Shown here piece by piece: positions 35,619 through 47,619 of a stretch of 64,000 nt of DNA. How positions within the stretch are numbered: the stretch's first letter is position 1; each line of letters begins with the position of its first letter. The position numbers and the translations under genes are program-made. Below the pieces are notes generated by a model, which did not search any database, was not told the origin of the DNA, and saw nothing but the letters and a program-made list of their open reading frames with translations. Source of the DNA: Strigamia acuminata (Eukaryota); assembly GCA_949358305.1 (NCBI GenBank), contig OX442314.1, forward strand, positions 8,370,001 to 8,434,000, in the 5' to 3' direction.

Positions 35619-36577
35619 TGTGGTGATCTCAAAATATTCACCAACTTAGAAGATTAAATTAATTATCTTCTAATTAATTTGACTGTGGCACACGCCAAGT
35701 CAGATCATGTGACCGAGGGGAGAAATCCTCTCTAGGCACATATCACCCCAGGTTGTCCGGGGTGAAAACGGTTATTAGCCGTTATGGTGCAATATGGTGT
35801 AATAACCACTAGTTGCACCCATTTGAGCTAAGTGCGCAGGTTTTCTGCGCAATATTGAAGCGTGCTGGGCTCGCGTCTTGGCTCAAATCGGCACTCTGAA
35901 AAATACAACAACAACCTCAACATCACTGCGATATCTGCTCCGACAATACGTATTGATAGAGGACCGTTGTAACTCAGTTTCACCTGCTATCTTTGTGCCA
36001 CCCAAAGCACAAAGCCAGCAATTCTGCTTGAATTAGCCGTAGCTAATTCCAGCAAACGAGAAGAAGAAGTTTCCCGACGATCGTGAACCATCGCCGTCGC
36101 TGCCGCGCGAACGACAGCCACCGCCATCGTACGAGAGCCGGACGCCTACAGCCGTCAACCACCGCCGCCGAGCCGTCGCACGAGCCGTAGAAGGAGCCCA
36201 CGAGAACCATCGTCTTCGACCATCGTTCGTGAGTTCAGCAAACGAAGACAATTCGCCTTCGCCTAACAACTGTGTGTTGTTTAAGCGCCATTTTAGCGCT
36301 TTGTAGCTTGCAACAGTCGTTGCAAGCCCTTCCATTGTTCCCGCTCATTTCATTTCGCGACTTGTCGCCATTGTGATATTTTTAACTAGTCATTGTAATT
36401 TAAACGAATAAATACATATTTGTGATTTTTATTAATAAAACTGTCTTTTTATTTCTTTTCCTTAAACTTAACCCCTAGATAATTTAAGGCCGCCGATTGT
36501 AAGTCTTTTATAGCATTCACCTGCGGTTTCTGCTTAATTTATTAGAAATTAAGTGGATAAAAACCCGGATCGCAGCA
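35619..36577 (+). repeat. 3' LTR (959 bp)
   Basis: Direct repeat of 24241-25199 (offset 11378). Confidence 0.97.
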
Positions 36578-36974
36578 ATCTTAATTCAAAAAAACAAGCA
36601 TTGTTAACTTAGTTTCAGGATGCAATTGATGTCAAGCGCTGAACAGAGCCAAATAGAAGTGATTTTTGTGGAAATAATTGCCGATGTCTAAATGTCGTAC
36701 TGTAGTCCAATTCCGGTGGAAAACTAATGCCTTGTTCACACTTAAACCACTTTTGTAGAAGTTACGGCTTATTTCGATAAGTATACTTCAGACCTGTTAT
36801 ACTTTTTATACAAATTAGTGACGTTTTTAACAAGAACTGACGTCAAAAGTGACTTTCTCAACTTCAAGTTGTACAAAGCCATTACAAATGTGAATAACGG
36901 AGTTTCTACAAGCTGTCTGAAAGAAAAGTGGTTAAAGTGTCAACAAGGCATAAGACACACATTGTAGTCTATAG

Positions 36975-39900
36975 TTAGTCAACCCTATAGAAAACACAAG
37001 AAAAAATGTGTTAAAAGCAACGCAGATGTGAACAAGGTGTGTTGTTAATGGTCAAGTGCACCGAGTGGGTTTTATTTTTTTTTGACAGAGCCTAATAAAA
37101 AATTGTTATTAAACAATGATAAAGGCCCAAATTTTATTTTTTTTTAACATGAAATACATTTTATCATTAGGTTCTATCAGAAAAAAATAAATCTCACTCG
37201 GTGTGCTTGAATTTTAAGCCTAGTTCACATAGGTGTAGGACCACATTTGCGATCGCCAAATTTGCGATCGTGAAAATTGGTGTCAAAATTGCGACGTTCT
37301 GAATTTGCGACGAATTAAAAAAAATAAAAATAAAAAAATAAAATAAAATAAGAAATGATCCCAAATTTGCGATGGACCACATTTGCGACGTCCCAAATTT
37401 GCGACGTCCTAAATTTGCGACGTCTCAAATTTGCGACGAGTTTTAGCTTCGTTTCTGCCGTATCATTGTTTCTGCTGTATCATTGTTTTTGCCGTACCAT
37501 TGTCTCTGCCGTATCATTGTTGCATTCGCCTTTACCGCTGTTGCACCGTGATCGTTTCCTATCGTTTTTCGCGTCGACCTCGTAATTGTTTCCTAGGTAA
37601 ATATTCGGAATTTGGTATTCGGTAAATGGCAGTGTTTACGATTAAGTCATTATGACGAAAACAAGACACAAACATAAACAACTTTCACTCGTTTTGAAAG
37701 AATTTTCATAACTTTTTACACATTTTGAAAAATTTTTCACCACTTTTTGCTCGTTTTGAATGATTTTCACCACTTTTTGCTCGTTTTGAGTGATTTTCAC
37801 TACTTTTAAATCGTTTTGAATGATTTTCACAACTTTTTGCTCGTTTTGAATGATTTTCACAACTTTTAAATCGTTTTGAATGATTTTCACAACTTTTAAA
37901 TCGTTTTGAATGATTTTTCACAACTTTTTACATTGTATCGGAAATTCTAAGTTGTTTGTGTTTGCTTATACCCATCATCATGACGTCATTCGTAAACTTT
38001 TCCATTTAATAAATTATTCAGTGCACCACTAATTTGTATCTATTCTTGAAAGATGGCTTCCTCCTTAACACGAATTCCTTCCCACGCTAAAATCGATTCT
38101 CGACAATGGTACGACGGTCAGAAATTTATATTTCGGGAAGATAAGCTGTTTGTTGAGGATGACAACTTAATGTTAATGCGATGCTGTGTGCAAACTTGCC
38201 GTAGTCGCGGACGTCTCGATCTGACCACTCATGAGTTTAATATGACTACTGCGCACTCTCATGGCACAACTCCACTCGTTGTGAACACCAAATTATTTGC
38301 GTACGAACTCGTCAGTAACTGCAAAAAACTTAACCCATCAGCGTCAAAGAAACCCGAATATGATAAGCTGTGCGTAAAGTACCCGGACGTTGCGTCGGCG
38401 AAGCCCTATACGCGTTTCAAGTCTATGCTGAGTAGACTATGCAGAAGAGATATCCCAAAGCTTGATAGCATGAAGGAATTTTACAAATTCTTTGAAATGC
38501 AGAAGCACGAAGTTGTCCTCGAGGAGCGGATTTCGTACATCTATGACACAACATTGATTGCAGCAGACGGCTCAATCAGTGTTTTTTTTATTAACCGCGA
38601 ACTGTGTGCACAAATACAGCCAAAGTGTAAGGAGTATCATACTGACGCAACGTTTAAGGTGGTGCCGCAATTTGCCAATGCTGCCAACGGTTCTTTCACC
38701 CAGTTTCTCACTGTTCAGGGCATGGTCGGAAAGAAACTAATTCCATTTTGCTTCTGTCTCATGACTAGGAAGTCTGCTTGTGCGTACGAGCGGTTATTCG
38801 GACACTTGGCTGTAATCATGGATTCTATTATAGCTGGTAGCACATTCATGACAGATTTTGAGCCTGCATTGTATAAATCAATTGAATCAGCATTCCCGTT
38901 GTGTCAAGTTGTGCACTGCAGTTTTCACTTTTGTGAATCACTTCGCCGCAAGGCAATGAAGCTCGGCCTGCAACCGTTCTACAGCACCAACGAATATGCG
39001 TGGGCGGCGATTCACTTAGTCATGGCTATAGTGTACCTACCGGCTGCGAGGGCGGAGATAGCACTCGAAGTTGTGGAGACATACTGGAACTCAGCGGCGC
39101 GGGTGGGCAGATTAGCTGATCTTATGTCGGAATTTTTTGCCTACTTTCGACAGTACTGGTTGGTGGAAGTCACAGCCACACGTTTCAGCGTTTTTGGTTT
39201 GGCACATCGGACGAACAACAGTCTCGAGTCGTGGCATTCATCTCTTCCTGCAACGCTTGGAAAACATACACTCCCTGTCCACTTTGTAGTCGCCTTATCG
39301 CAAGTCGACCACACAGCCACGGTTAATTTTGCACAAGAGATGCGTGATCTGGAAACGCAACAGCCGCAATGCAAGTCGTACTTGCTGAATGATACGTGTA
39401 TAAAGAATCTAATGGCCAAGTTTGAAGACCGTACGCTAAACGAACTCGAGTTCCTGAAGGCCATGGCCTACCGTGTTTCCATGATGAGGGAAGGTTTTTC
39501 TTTGGATTGCAACGGCGCGATCCCTAATGGTTTGCTGGCCGCACCACCCGTTGAGCCGCGAATCCCACAGGTGAACGTCACTGGTCGGTATGTTCGCCCA
39601 GTCCTGCCCGCAGACCCACCACAGTTCAATCTAGATGACGCCCTCGCAGCAGCAACCGCACAAACGGCAGTTGCACGGACGACAACTCGCAACCCAAATC
39701 CACCGGCACGTCGCCGTGGCCGCCCGCGTATTCACCCGCTGCCAACCACTGCCAACCGGCCCCCTGTGCAACTCCGACGCTCTCCACGCAACCGACTGTC
39801 CGAGCCACAACCAGAAGCTGCTGAACGACGTAGCAGATCACCGAACGACGATATTTTAGAGCCGCCTGTCCAACTCCGACGCTCTCCACGCAACCGACTG

Positions 39901-41530
39901 CCCGAGCCACAACCAGAAGTTGCTGAACGACGTAGCAGATCACCGATCAACGATATTTTAGAGCCCCCTGTCCAACTCCGACACACTACACGAAACCTAG
40001 CTGCACGTATTCCACAGGCAATACCTGTACCACAGGTAATAACTGTTGGAGAAGATTCGGATGATGAATTGGGTATTGCACCGGATGTGTGGCACAGAAT
40101 TGGAGAACAGCAACGCTTACAGCGCATTCAGCGCTTACCCGTAGAAGTCCACACATTGGCAACAGAGTTGGTTGAGTTCTTGACTCAAGCGGTCGAAAAC
40201 TTAATTGCCACCAGAGAACCAAATGACTTCACTTGCCAGCTGTGTAGCACAAACCAGTGCAACATCTCATACAGGTGCGGTCACATGGTTTGTGCAGCCT
40301 GTGCAAAAAAGGCAGTGTTAGTAAATGTGGAGTTGAAATGTCACGTGTGTCGAATAACGGTCACGAAGCGGGAAGATCTGCATAGACTGTTTGCTAACTA
40401 AACACTTCTTTTCAAATAAGTTCCATTTCAATAAACAATTTTTTATAAATATAATTAATACATTTTTATTTCCTTATTACATTCTGTTCAAAAACGTACC
40501 GAAAATCACTGAAAATGATCAGAAATGAACAAAACCACCCAAAAATGACCACAAAACCATCCAAAAATGACCGAAAACCACCAAATAATAACCAAAACCT
40601 TGCCCACAACTTTAATCTTAATCATTAAAAAATTTCACACTTGATTCGCTGTTATTTTCTGTTATGTTCGATACATTTACGTCCATTTTAGTTATTTTTG
40701 GTTGGTTTTTGGTAACATTTTCGTGATTTTTGTTCAATTCCGATCATTTTCAGTCGTTTTTTGTTCAATTCCGATCATTTTCAGTCGTTTTTTGTTCAAT
40801 TCCAATCATTTTCAGTCGTTTTTTGTTCAATTCCAATCATTTTCAGTCTAATTTGGGAGGTCGCATTGTTGGGAGCTTACTCAATTATCGTGCGCTTAAA
40901 AACTTTTATTCGTCGCAAATTTGAGAGGTCGCATTGTTGGGAGAGATTTAATAATAATGTGCGTCGCAAATTTGGGACGTCGCAAATTTGGTCCGCGCAA
41001 ATTTGGTCCGCGCAAATTTAGGATCGCAATTTTAGCGATCGCAAATTTGACGATCGCAAATTTGAACCCCGCCCGTTCACATACATGCATTAACGCATGC
41101 ATTTTGCGCACCAAAACTGCTTAGTTCACATGCACGCTTTACTACCGTGCGTTGGCCGAAGCGCCTTGTGACTTCGTGCGATATAACGCACGACGGATGA
41201 AATTGAAATATTTCAACTTTACGCTTGCGCGTTTAAGCTGATGCAACAACGCACACATGTGAACTAGCCTTTAGTTACATAAGTTCTCACTTGGAATATG
41301 TACAAATACAATCATTCTGGTCATTACACGCTCCCGCAAAATATCCAGTTGAAAAACGACAACTTTCTTTACAACCAAAGTCGCCATCTAGCTTACAAGA
41401 TAAACTTGTTGCTGTAAAAAAGATACAGATCAATACTCATGTAGTAAAAACTACAATTTTTAAACCAAAAACAAAACTTACCAACAACATGGATTAAACA
41501 GAACAAGCTTAAAATGAATAGAAATTTCAT
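36975..41530 (-). CDS. Defensin-like secreted peptide G (exons 41530-41482, 41411-41291, 36984-36975; 59 aa); MULE in intron 2, Gypsy in 3' UTR
   Basis: MKFLFILSLFCLIHVVATSLSCKLDGDFGCKESCRFSTGYFAGACNDQNDCICTYSKVD*. GTAAG and GTGAG donors. Confidence 0.88.
37232..41074 (+). mobile_element. Autonomous-looking Mutator-like element (MULE), 3843 bp
   Basis: 9-bp TSD GTTCACATA (37223-37231, 41075-41083). Imperfect G-starting TIRs with AAATTTGCGA(T)CG repeats. Subterminal ~30-bp minisatellites (37720-37930, 40725-40850). Single intact ORF. Confidence 0.92.
38053..40401 (+). CDS. MULE DDE transposase with FLYWCH-like N-terminus, AT-hook and C-terminal RING finger (782 aa)
   Basis: TDATFK, MTDFE, CSFH and RTNNSLESWHS MULE motifs. 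RRRGRPR. Repeated PPVQLRRSPRNRL. C3HC4 CQLC..CGHMVCAAC..CHVCR. Confidence 0.92.
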   Translation: MASSLTRIPSHAKIDSRQWYDGQKFIFREDKLFVEDDNLMLMRCCVQTCRSRGRLDLTTHEFNMTTAHSHGTTPLVVNTKLFAYELVSNCKKLNPSASKKPEYDKLCVKYPDVASAKPYTRFKSMLSRLCRRDIPKLDSMKEFYKFFEMQKHEVVLEERISYIYDTTLIAADGSISVFFINRELCAQIQPKCKEYHTDATFKVVPQFANAANGSFTQFLTVQGMVGKKLIPFCFCLMTRKSACAYERLFGHLAVIMDSIIAGSTFMTDFEPALYKSIESAFPLCQVVHCSFHFCESLRRKAMKLGLQPFYSTNEYAWAAIHLVMAIVYLPAARAEIALEVVETYWNSAARVGRLADLMSEFFAYFRQYWLVEVTATRFSVFGLAHRTNNSLESWHSSLPATLGKHTLPVHFVVALSQVDHTATVNFAQEMRDLETQQPQCKSYLLNDTCIKNLMAKFEDRTLNELEFLKAMAYRVSMMREGFSLDCNGAIPNGLLAAPPVEPRIPQVNVTGRYVRPVLPADPPQFNLDDALAAATAQTAVARTTTRNPNPPARRRGRPRIHPLPTTANRPPVQLRRSPRNRLSEPQPEAAERRSRSPNDDILEPPVQLRRSPRNRLPEPQPEVAERRSRSPINDILEPPVQLRHTTRNLAARIPQAIPVPQVITVGEDSDDELGIAPDVWHRIGEQQRLQRIQRLPVEVHTLATELVEFLTQAVENLIATREPNDFTCQLCSTNQCNISYRCGHMVCAACAKKAVLVNVELKCHVCRITVTKREDLHRLFAN

Positions 41531-41874
41531 TTTTGATGGATGCTCCTGCGGTAGAAATAGAGAAACTAACGAATAGCAGATGAAGGAACTGGTCTTTACT
41601 AGTATGTGTTGCTGATGTGGCAGCGATACTGTATGTATTCATATGTTTACCAAGCGTCATACGACGCGTGCTTGGTGTACAGGCAAAATGACGGATGGTT
41701 ATCACGTGACTGTACAGAGCATTGTAGATCAGCGATTGCTTGGCAACACGTTCAAATATATATTAATGCGACAAATCTTAAAAAATAACATGTTATAATT
41801 TTATTTTTTTGTTAATTTTCTAATAAAAATATAGTGTCATGTAAAAAATCTTCATAAATAACATGTAATAATTA

Positions 41875-42128
41875 TTTTGTTCTATATTTATTTAAGTACC
41901 GTAACAAAGATATAAAAATATATACATAAATAAATAGCTATTTATTTATGTATATATTTTTATATCTTTGTTACGGTACTTAAATAAATATAGAACAAAA
42001 CTTGTGACAGAATAAAACTTGTGAAGAATAACCTGTGAAGAATAACCTGTGAAGAATAACTTGTGTAGAATAAAACTTGTGACAGTTTGGAAGAGCCTAG
42101 GCTCTTCCAAACTGTCACAAGTTTTATT
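41875..42128. repeat. Two perfect spacer-less palindromes (41875-42000, 126 bp; 42069-42128, 60 bp) separated by short tandem repeats
   Basis: Centres TAG|CTA (41937/8) and GCCT|AGGC (42098/9). GTGAAGAATAACCT repeats lie between them. Confidence 0.9.
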
Positions 42129-43102
42129 TTATTTTATTTTATAGCTTTTGTTGTCGTCTCCAACACACCTGCTGCTTTTTCCCTATTATTTTTAAACTCT
42201 CGAATGGCAAACAATTATTACGATTACTTTCAAGGACTAAATGACAATGCTATGCACCGACATGTTGAAAAAATTAAACTTATCACTACCGAAAAATGCT
42301 TCTAACCAAAGGTTCAGACATTTTTTACCTCTGAAATTCCGCCTGAACTTCTGGTCCGCTGTTACACAAATCCACCAAATACACTGCCTGTTTTGACTGG
42401 TTCCCCACAGCCCAAATTGACTGATACCCAATCCACATTAACCAATGATTCACCATCAGTTCTGACAAATACACTATTACAAAGAAATGAAATACGGAGT
42501 TTCTGCTCTTTATTTTCCTAAATTATCATAAATGAATAAAGTTCTTTCCAGTTATTTGTATATGAACTTGGTTTATTCATGGTGAAAACAAGAAAACACA
42601 GCAAAGTGATCAAAACAATGATATAACACTATCACATCATATCCCAATTACCCTCAACCAAAGACCTATTTTAAAATAACCCATACCCTTACAAGACAAC
42701 ATCTCACGTATCATCTTGATGCAAAAAAACAAGCATTATTAACTTAGTTTCAGGATGCAATTGATGTCAAGTGCTGAACAGAGCCAAATAGAAGTGATTT
42801 TTGTGGAAATAATTGCCGATGTCTCAATGTCGTACTATAGTCCAATTCCGGTGGAAATGAATGCCTTGTTCACACTTAAACCACTTTTGTAGAAGTTATG
42901 GCTTATGTCGATAAGTATACTTCAGAGCTGTCATACGTTTTGTACAAATTAGCGACGTTTTTAACAAGAAGTGACGTCAAAAGTGACTTTTTCAACTTAT
43001 ACAAAGCCATTACAAATGTGAATAACAGCGTTTCTAAAAGCTGTCTAGAAGAAAAGTGGTTAAAGTGTAAACAAGGCATAAGAGACACATCGTAGCTAAT
43101 AG

Positions 43103-44111
43103 TTAGTCGTCCCTATAGGAAACACAAGAAAAAATGAGTTAAAAGCAACGCAGATGTGAACAAAGTGCGTTGTTAAAGGTCAAGTGCACTGAGTGGGTTT
43201 TATTTTTTTTCTGATAGAGCCTAATAAAAAAATATTTTTCATGTTAAAAAAAATAAAATTTGGGCCTTTATCAATTGAAAAACTTGACTTTTTCAATGTG
43301 ATGCATGATGGTTGTTGGCTGGATGACCTACGTCATCAGTTCGGCGGTGGTTGGTAGTGGTGGTGTTGCGCATGCGCAGTGAACAGTTTTCACTCCCGCA
43401 ATCAAGGTCAACCAATATGAATCCGACCTAAGCTCAGAACAAGTTCCAGGTCAACTGAACTAGAGAACTGACAACGTCATACTCCCATGATTCTTTGCCT
43501 TGTCAACACCCGATATTGCGATTGTTATTAAACAATGATAAAAACCCAAATTTTATTTTTTTTTAACATGAAAAATATTTTTTCATTAGGCTCTATCAGA
43601 AAAAAAATAAAACTCACTCAGTGCACTTGACTTTTAAGCCTAGTTCACATACAAGCATTAACGCATGCGTTTTGTGCACCAAAGCTGCTTAGTTCACATG
43701 CACGCTTTACTACCGCACGTTGGCCGAAGCGCTTTGTGACTTCGTGCGATATAACGCACGACGGATGATGTTGAAATATTTCAACTTTAAGCCTGCGCGT
43801 TGAAGCTGATGCAACAAGGCATGCATGTGAACTGGCCTTTAGTTAAATAAGTTCTTACTTGGGAGATGAACAGATACAATCCTTCTTGTCATCACAATGT
43901 CCCTCAAAACGTCCAGTTGATGCTACGCAAGTTGCTTTACAACCAATGTCGCGAATATTAATATTAGCCAGACAAGCCAAACTTATTGCTGTAAAAAAGA
44001 TACAGATCAATACTTATGAGTGTAAAAACTACAATTTTTAAACCTAAAACAAAACTTACCAACAACATGATGGATTAAACAGAATAAGCTTAAAATGATT
44101 AGAAATTTCAT
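43103..44111 (-). CDS. Defensin-like secreted peptide H (exons 44111-44060, 43988-43859, 43112-43103; 63 aa)
   Basis: MKFLIILSLFCLIHHVVAISLACLANINIRDIGCKATCVASTGRFEGHCDDKKDCICSSPKDD*. First loop is C-x10-C. Confidence 0.92.
43177..43633. mobile_element. Non-autonomous Kolobok-type element in intron 2 (shorter versions ~37049-37212 and 47694-47859; THAP-bearing partial at ~19145-19590)
   Basis: TTAA|AGGTCAAGTGCACTGAGTG ... CACTCAGTGCACTTGACTT|TTAA with ~95-bp TIRs. Confidence 0.78.
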
Positions 44112-44341
44112 TTTTGATGGATGGTCTTGCGGTAGAAAGAGAGGAACTAACGAAGAGCAGATGAAGGACCTTGTCTTTACTAGTATGTGTTGCTGATGTG
44201 GCAGCGATACTGTATGTATTCATATGTTTACCAAGCGTCATATGACGCGTGCTTGGTGTACAGGCAAAATGGCGGATGGTTATCACGTGACCGTGCAGTG
44301 AATTGTGGATCAGCGATTGCTTGGCAACAAGTTCGAATATA

Positions 44342-45280
44342 CAGGGTGTCCTAAAAGTCTGGTTCCCTCCAAATATTTCCTGAGCAATTGCATCTAGGCC
44401 AACTTTGATGAAGCCATCCTATAGGAAGTTGGGTGAGAGCAATCCAATGAAGACATCAAATTTGACCTTGAAGGTCATTTTCAAGGTTATTCATTTGCTA
44501 ACTTTTAAACCGTTTAAGATACAGCAAAATTTCCAATTACAAAGTTGTAGAGCACCATCAAATTAGTACTATCCAACTTATCTTAGTTATCTTAAGTTAA
44601 ATTTTTCAGAACGCGCGATATCGCAATAACGCATAGCAGTGCTATTCATATGCGCGACCACCCGTGTAAGAATTATTCTTACATGTTGCGCGTACGAATA
44701 TTGCACATATTATGGATCACCAGGATAATAATTGGGTGGGAGGGAGTGTGGGTAGATAGTTGGTAGTTGGTTTGGCTGTACAGAACTCAATCAAATGTCT
44801 AGCTGCCGAAGGACAACACATCGAACAACTCCTTAAGTGATACCTAGAAACAGACTACCAACCCATCCACTGACACTCCCTCCCATCCAATCATTATCCC
44901 GGTTATCCATAATATGCGCAATATTTGTACGCGCGACATGTAAGAATAATTCTCACACCCGATGTCGTGCGTATGAATAGCTCTGCCATCCGTTACTGCA
45001 ATATCGCCTGTTATGAAACATTTAACTTAAGATATCTAAGATAAGTTGGATAGTACTAATTTGATGGTGCTCTACAACTTTGTAATTGGAAATCTTGCTC
45101 TATCTTAAACGGTTTAAAAGTTAGCAAGTGAATGACCTTGAAAATGACCTTCAAGGTCAAATTTGATGACGTCATTGGATTGCTCTCACCCAACTTCCTA
45201 TAGAATGGCTTCATCAAAGTTGGCCTAGATGCAATTGCTCAGGAAATATTTGGAGGGAACCAGACTTTTAGGACACCCTG
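44342..45280. mobile_element. Tc1/mariner-type fold-back MITE
   Basis: TA|CAGGGTGTCCTAAAAGTC ... GACTTTTAGGACACCCTG|TA. Nearly the whole element is self-complementary. Confidence 0.85.
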
Positions 45281-46217
45281 TATATTAATGCAAAAAATCT
45301 TAAAAAATACTCCGTAACATGTTATAATTTTTTTTGTATAATATACATTCATGTATAAAATCTTCATACATAACATAAATTAAAATAAATAAAATAACAT
45401 AAATCTTATAAAAACTCTCAAATTATCAATTTAAAAAAAAAAATTTAATTTCAACTAATAAAACCAACACCTGATAACATAACAACACCACATTCATCAA
45501 ACTGCTCCAACCTATTAAAAATAACATTTACCAAAAAAAAAAATACAATTAAACAGTGTTGGGTACGGTATTCGGTACTGTACCGGAAGTACAGTACCGT
45601 CGATACCGGTACTTCCGGTAACCTGCATTACATCTCGCGGTACACGGGAAATCGCGAGAAAACACGAGATTCTCGTGTTATAAACATCAATAATTTATAA
45701 AATGCCTAAAATACTATTAAAAGTTTATTAATAATAAGCTTTTAATTGGTTTTTATTAATTTTAAAGTTTATTTCTTTTTTGTAGCCAAAATTAAAACTT
45801 TCAAAGGAAGAAAACCCAATTAAAAGTTTATTATTAATAAACTTTTAATAGTATTTTAGGCATTTTATAAATTATTGATGTCTATAACATCAACTTTTTA
45901 CAATTAAAGTGGAAAACGGGAGAATCACGAGAATTTCGTGTTTTCTCGCGTTTTCCCGTGTACCACGAGATGTACCGCAAAATCCCGGTTCCAGAATTGT
46001 ACCGGGACCGCGGTAAAGTGCTAGGTACCGCGTACCGGGACCGCAGAACTTTTCAGCACCTGCGCAAGTACCGCGTACTTGTACCGTGGTAGTGGTTCCC
46101 CACAGCCCAAATTGACTGATACCCAATCCACATTAACCAATGATTTACCATCAGTTCTGACAAATACTTGTACACTATTACAAAGAAATGAAATACGGAG
46201 TAATACATACCGGTATA

Positions 46218-46988
46218 CAGGGTGTCCCAAAAGTCTGAACCACCCTAAATATTTCGTGAACAATTGCATCTAGGCCAACTTTGATGAAGCAATCGTACAG
46301 AAAGTTGGGTGAGAGCAATCCAATGATGTCATCAAATTTGACCTTGAAGGCCGTTTTCAAGGTCATTCACTTGCTAACTTCTAAACCAATCAGGTTACAG
46401 AAAAATTTCCAATTACAAAGTTGCAGAGCGCCATCTAATTAGTCTAGAACTGTTCTTAAAAAAATTATCTCTTACTGAAAAGTTTTGAGAAAAAAAGGTT
46501 TGAAACATTGGTCTACTCAGCTTTGTAACTCAGCTTTGTAAACTAAAACTATTGAGGCAACCAAGCTAATCCTCAATTAGGACACTTTATTGGGTCATAC
46601 TTGTAAGTAGAAGAGAGGAAACACAAAAGAAAGGAACTAATTTATTTTGGAAATACATTCCACATGATAGTGTTAGGTTACAAAGCTGAGTAGACTAACA
46701 TTTAAACCTTTTTTTCTCAAAACGTTTCAGTTATAGATAATTTTTTGAAGAACAGTTCTAGACTAATTAGATGGTGCTCTACAACTTTGTAATTGAAAAT
46801 TTTTCTCTAACCTGTTGGTTTAGAAGTTAGCACAAATGAATGACCTTGAAAATGGCCTTCAAGGTCAAATTTGATGACATCATTGGATTGCTCTCACCCA
46901 ACTTCCTATACGATCGCTTCATCAAAGTTGGCCTAGATGCAATTGCTCAGGAAATATTTAGGGTGGTTCAGACTTTTGGGACACACTG
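46218..46988. mobile_element. Tc1/mariner-type fold-back MITE
   Basis: TA|CAGGGTGTCCCAAAAGTC ... GACTTTTGGGACACACTG|TA. Same outer TIR family as 21441 and 44342, different core. Confidence 0.85.
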
Positions 46989-47619
46989 TATATAGAATGA
47001 CAGCCTGTTTCTGCTCTTTATTTTCCTAAATTATCATAAAATGAATAAAGTTCTTTCCAGTTATTTGCATATGAACTTGGTTTATTCGTGGTGAAAACAA
47101 GAAAACACAGCAAAATGATCAAAACAATGATAAAACACTATTCCATCATATCCCAATTACCCTCAACCAAAGACATATTTTAAATTAACCCATACCCTTA
47201 CAAAGACAACATCTCATGTATCATCTTGATTCAAAAAAACAAGCATTATTAACTTAGTTTCAAGATGCAATTGATGTCAAGTGCTGAACAGAGCCAAATA
47301 GAAGTGATTTTTGTGGAAATAATTGCCGATGTCTAAATGTCGTACTGTAGTCCAATTCCGGTGGAAAACTAATGCCTTGTTCACACTTAAACCACTTTTG
47401 TAGAAGTTATGGTTAATTTCGATAAGTATACTTCAGAGCAGTCATACTTTTAGTACAAATTAGCGACGTTTTTAACAAGAAGTGACGTCAAAAGTGACTT
47501 TTTCAACTTGTACAAAGCCATTCCAAATGTGAATAACAGAGTTTCTAAAAGCTGTCTGGACGAAAAGTGGTTAAAGTGTGAACTAGGCATAAACTTAAGA
47601 GACACGTTGTAGTCTATAG

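Larger units (their letters stand above)
24241..36577 (+). mobile_element. Full-length Ty3/Gypsy LTR retrotransposon (12.3 kb)
   Basis: TG..CA LTRs, ATCT TSD (24237-24240, 36578-36581), PBS, PPT, intact gag, pol (PR-RT-RH-IN order) and a third gene. The empty site TATCATCTTGATTC is visible in sister units. Confidence 0.98.
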
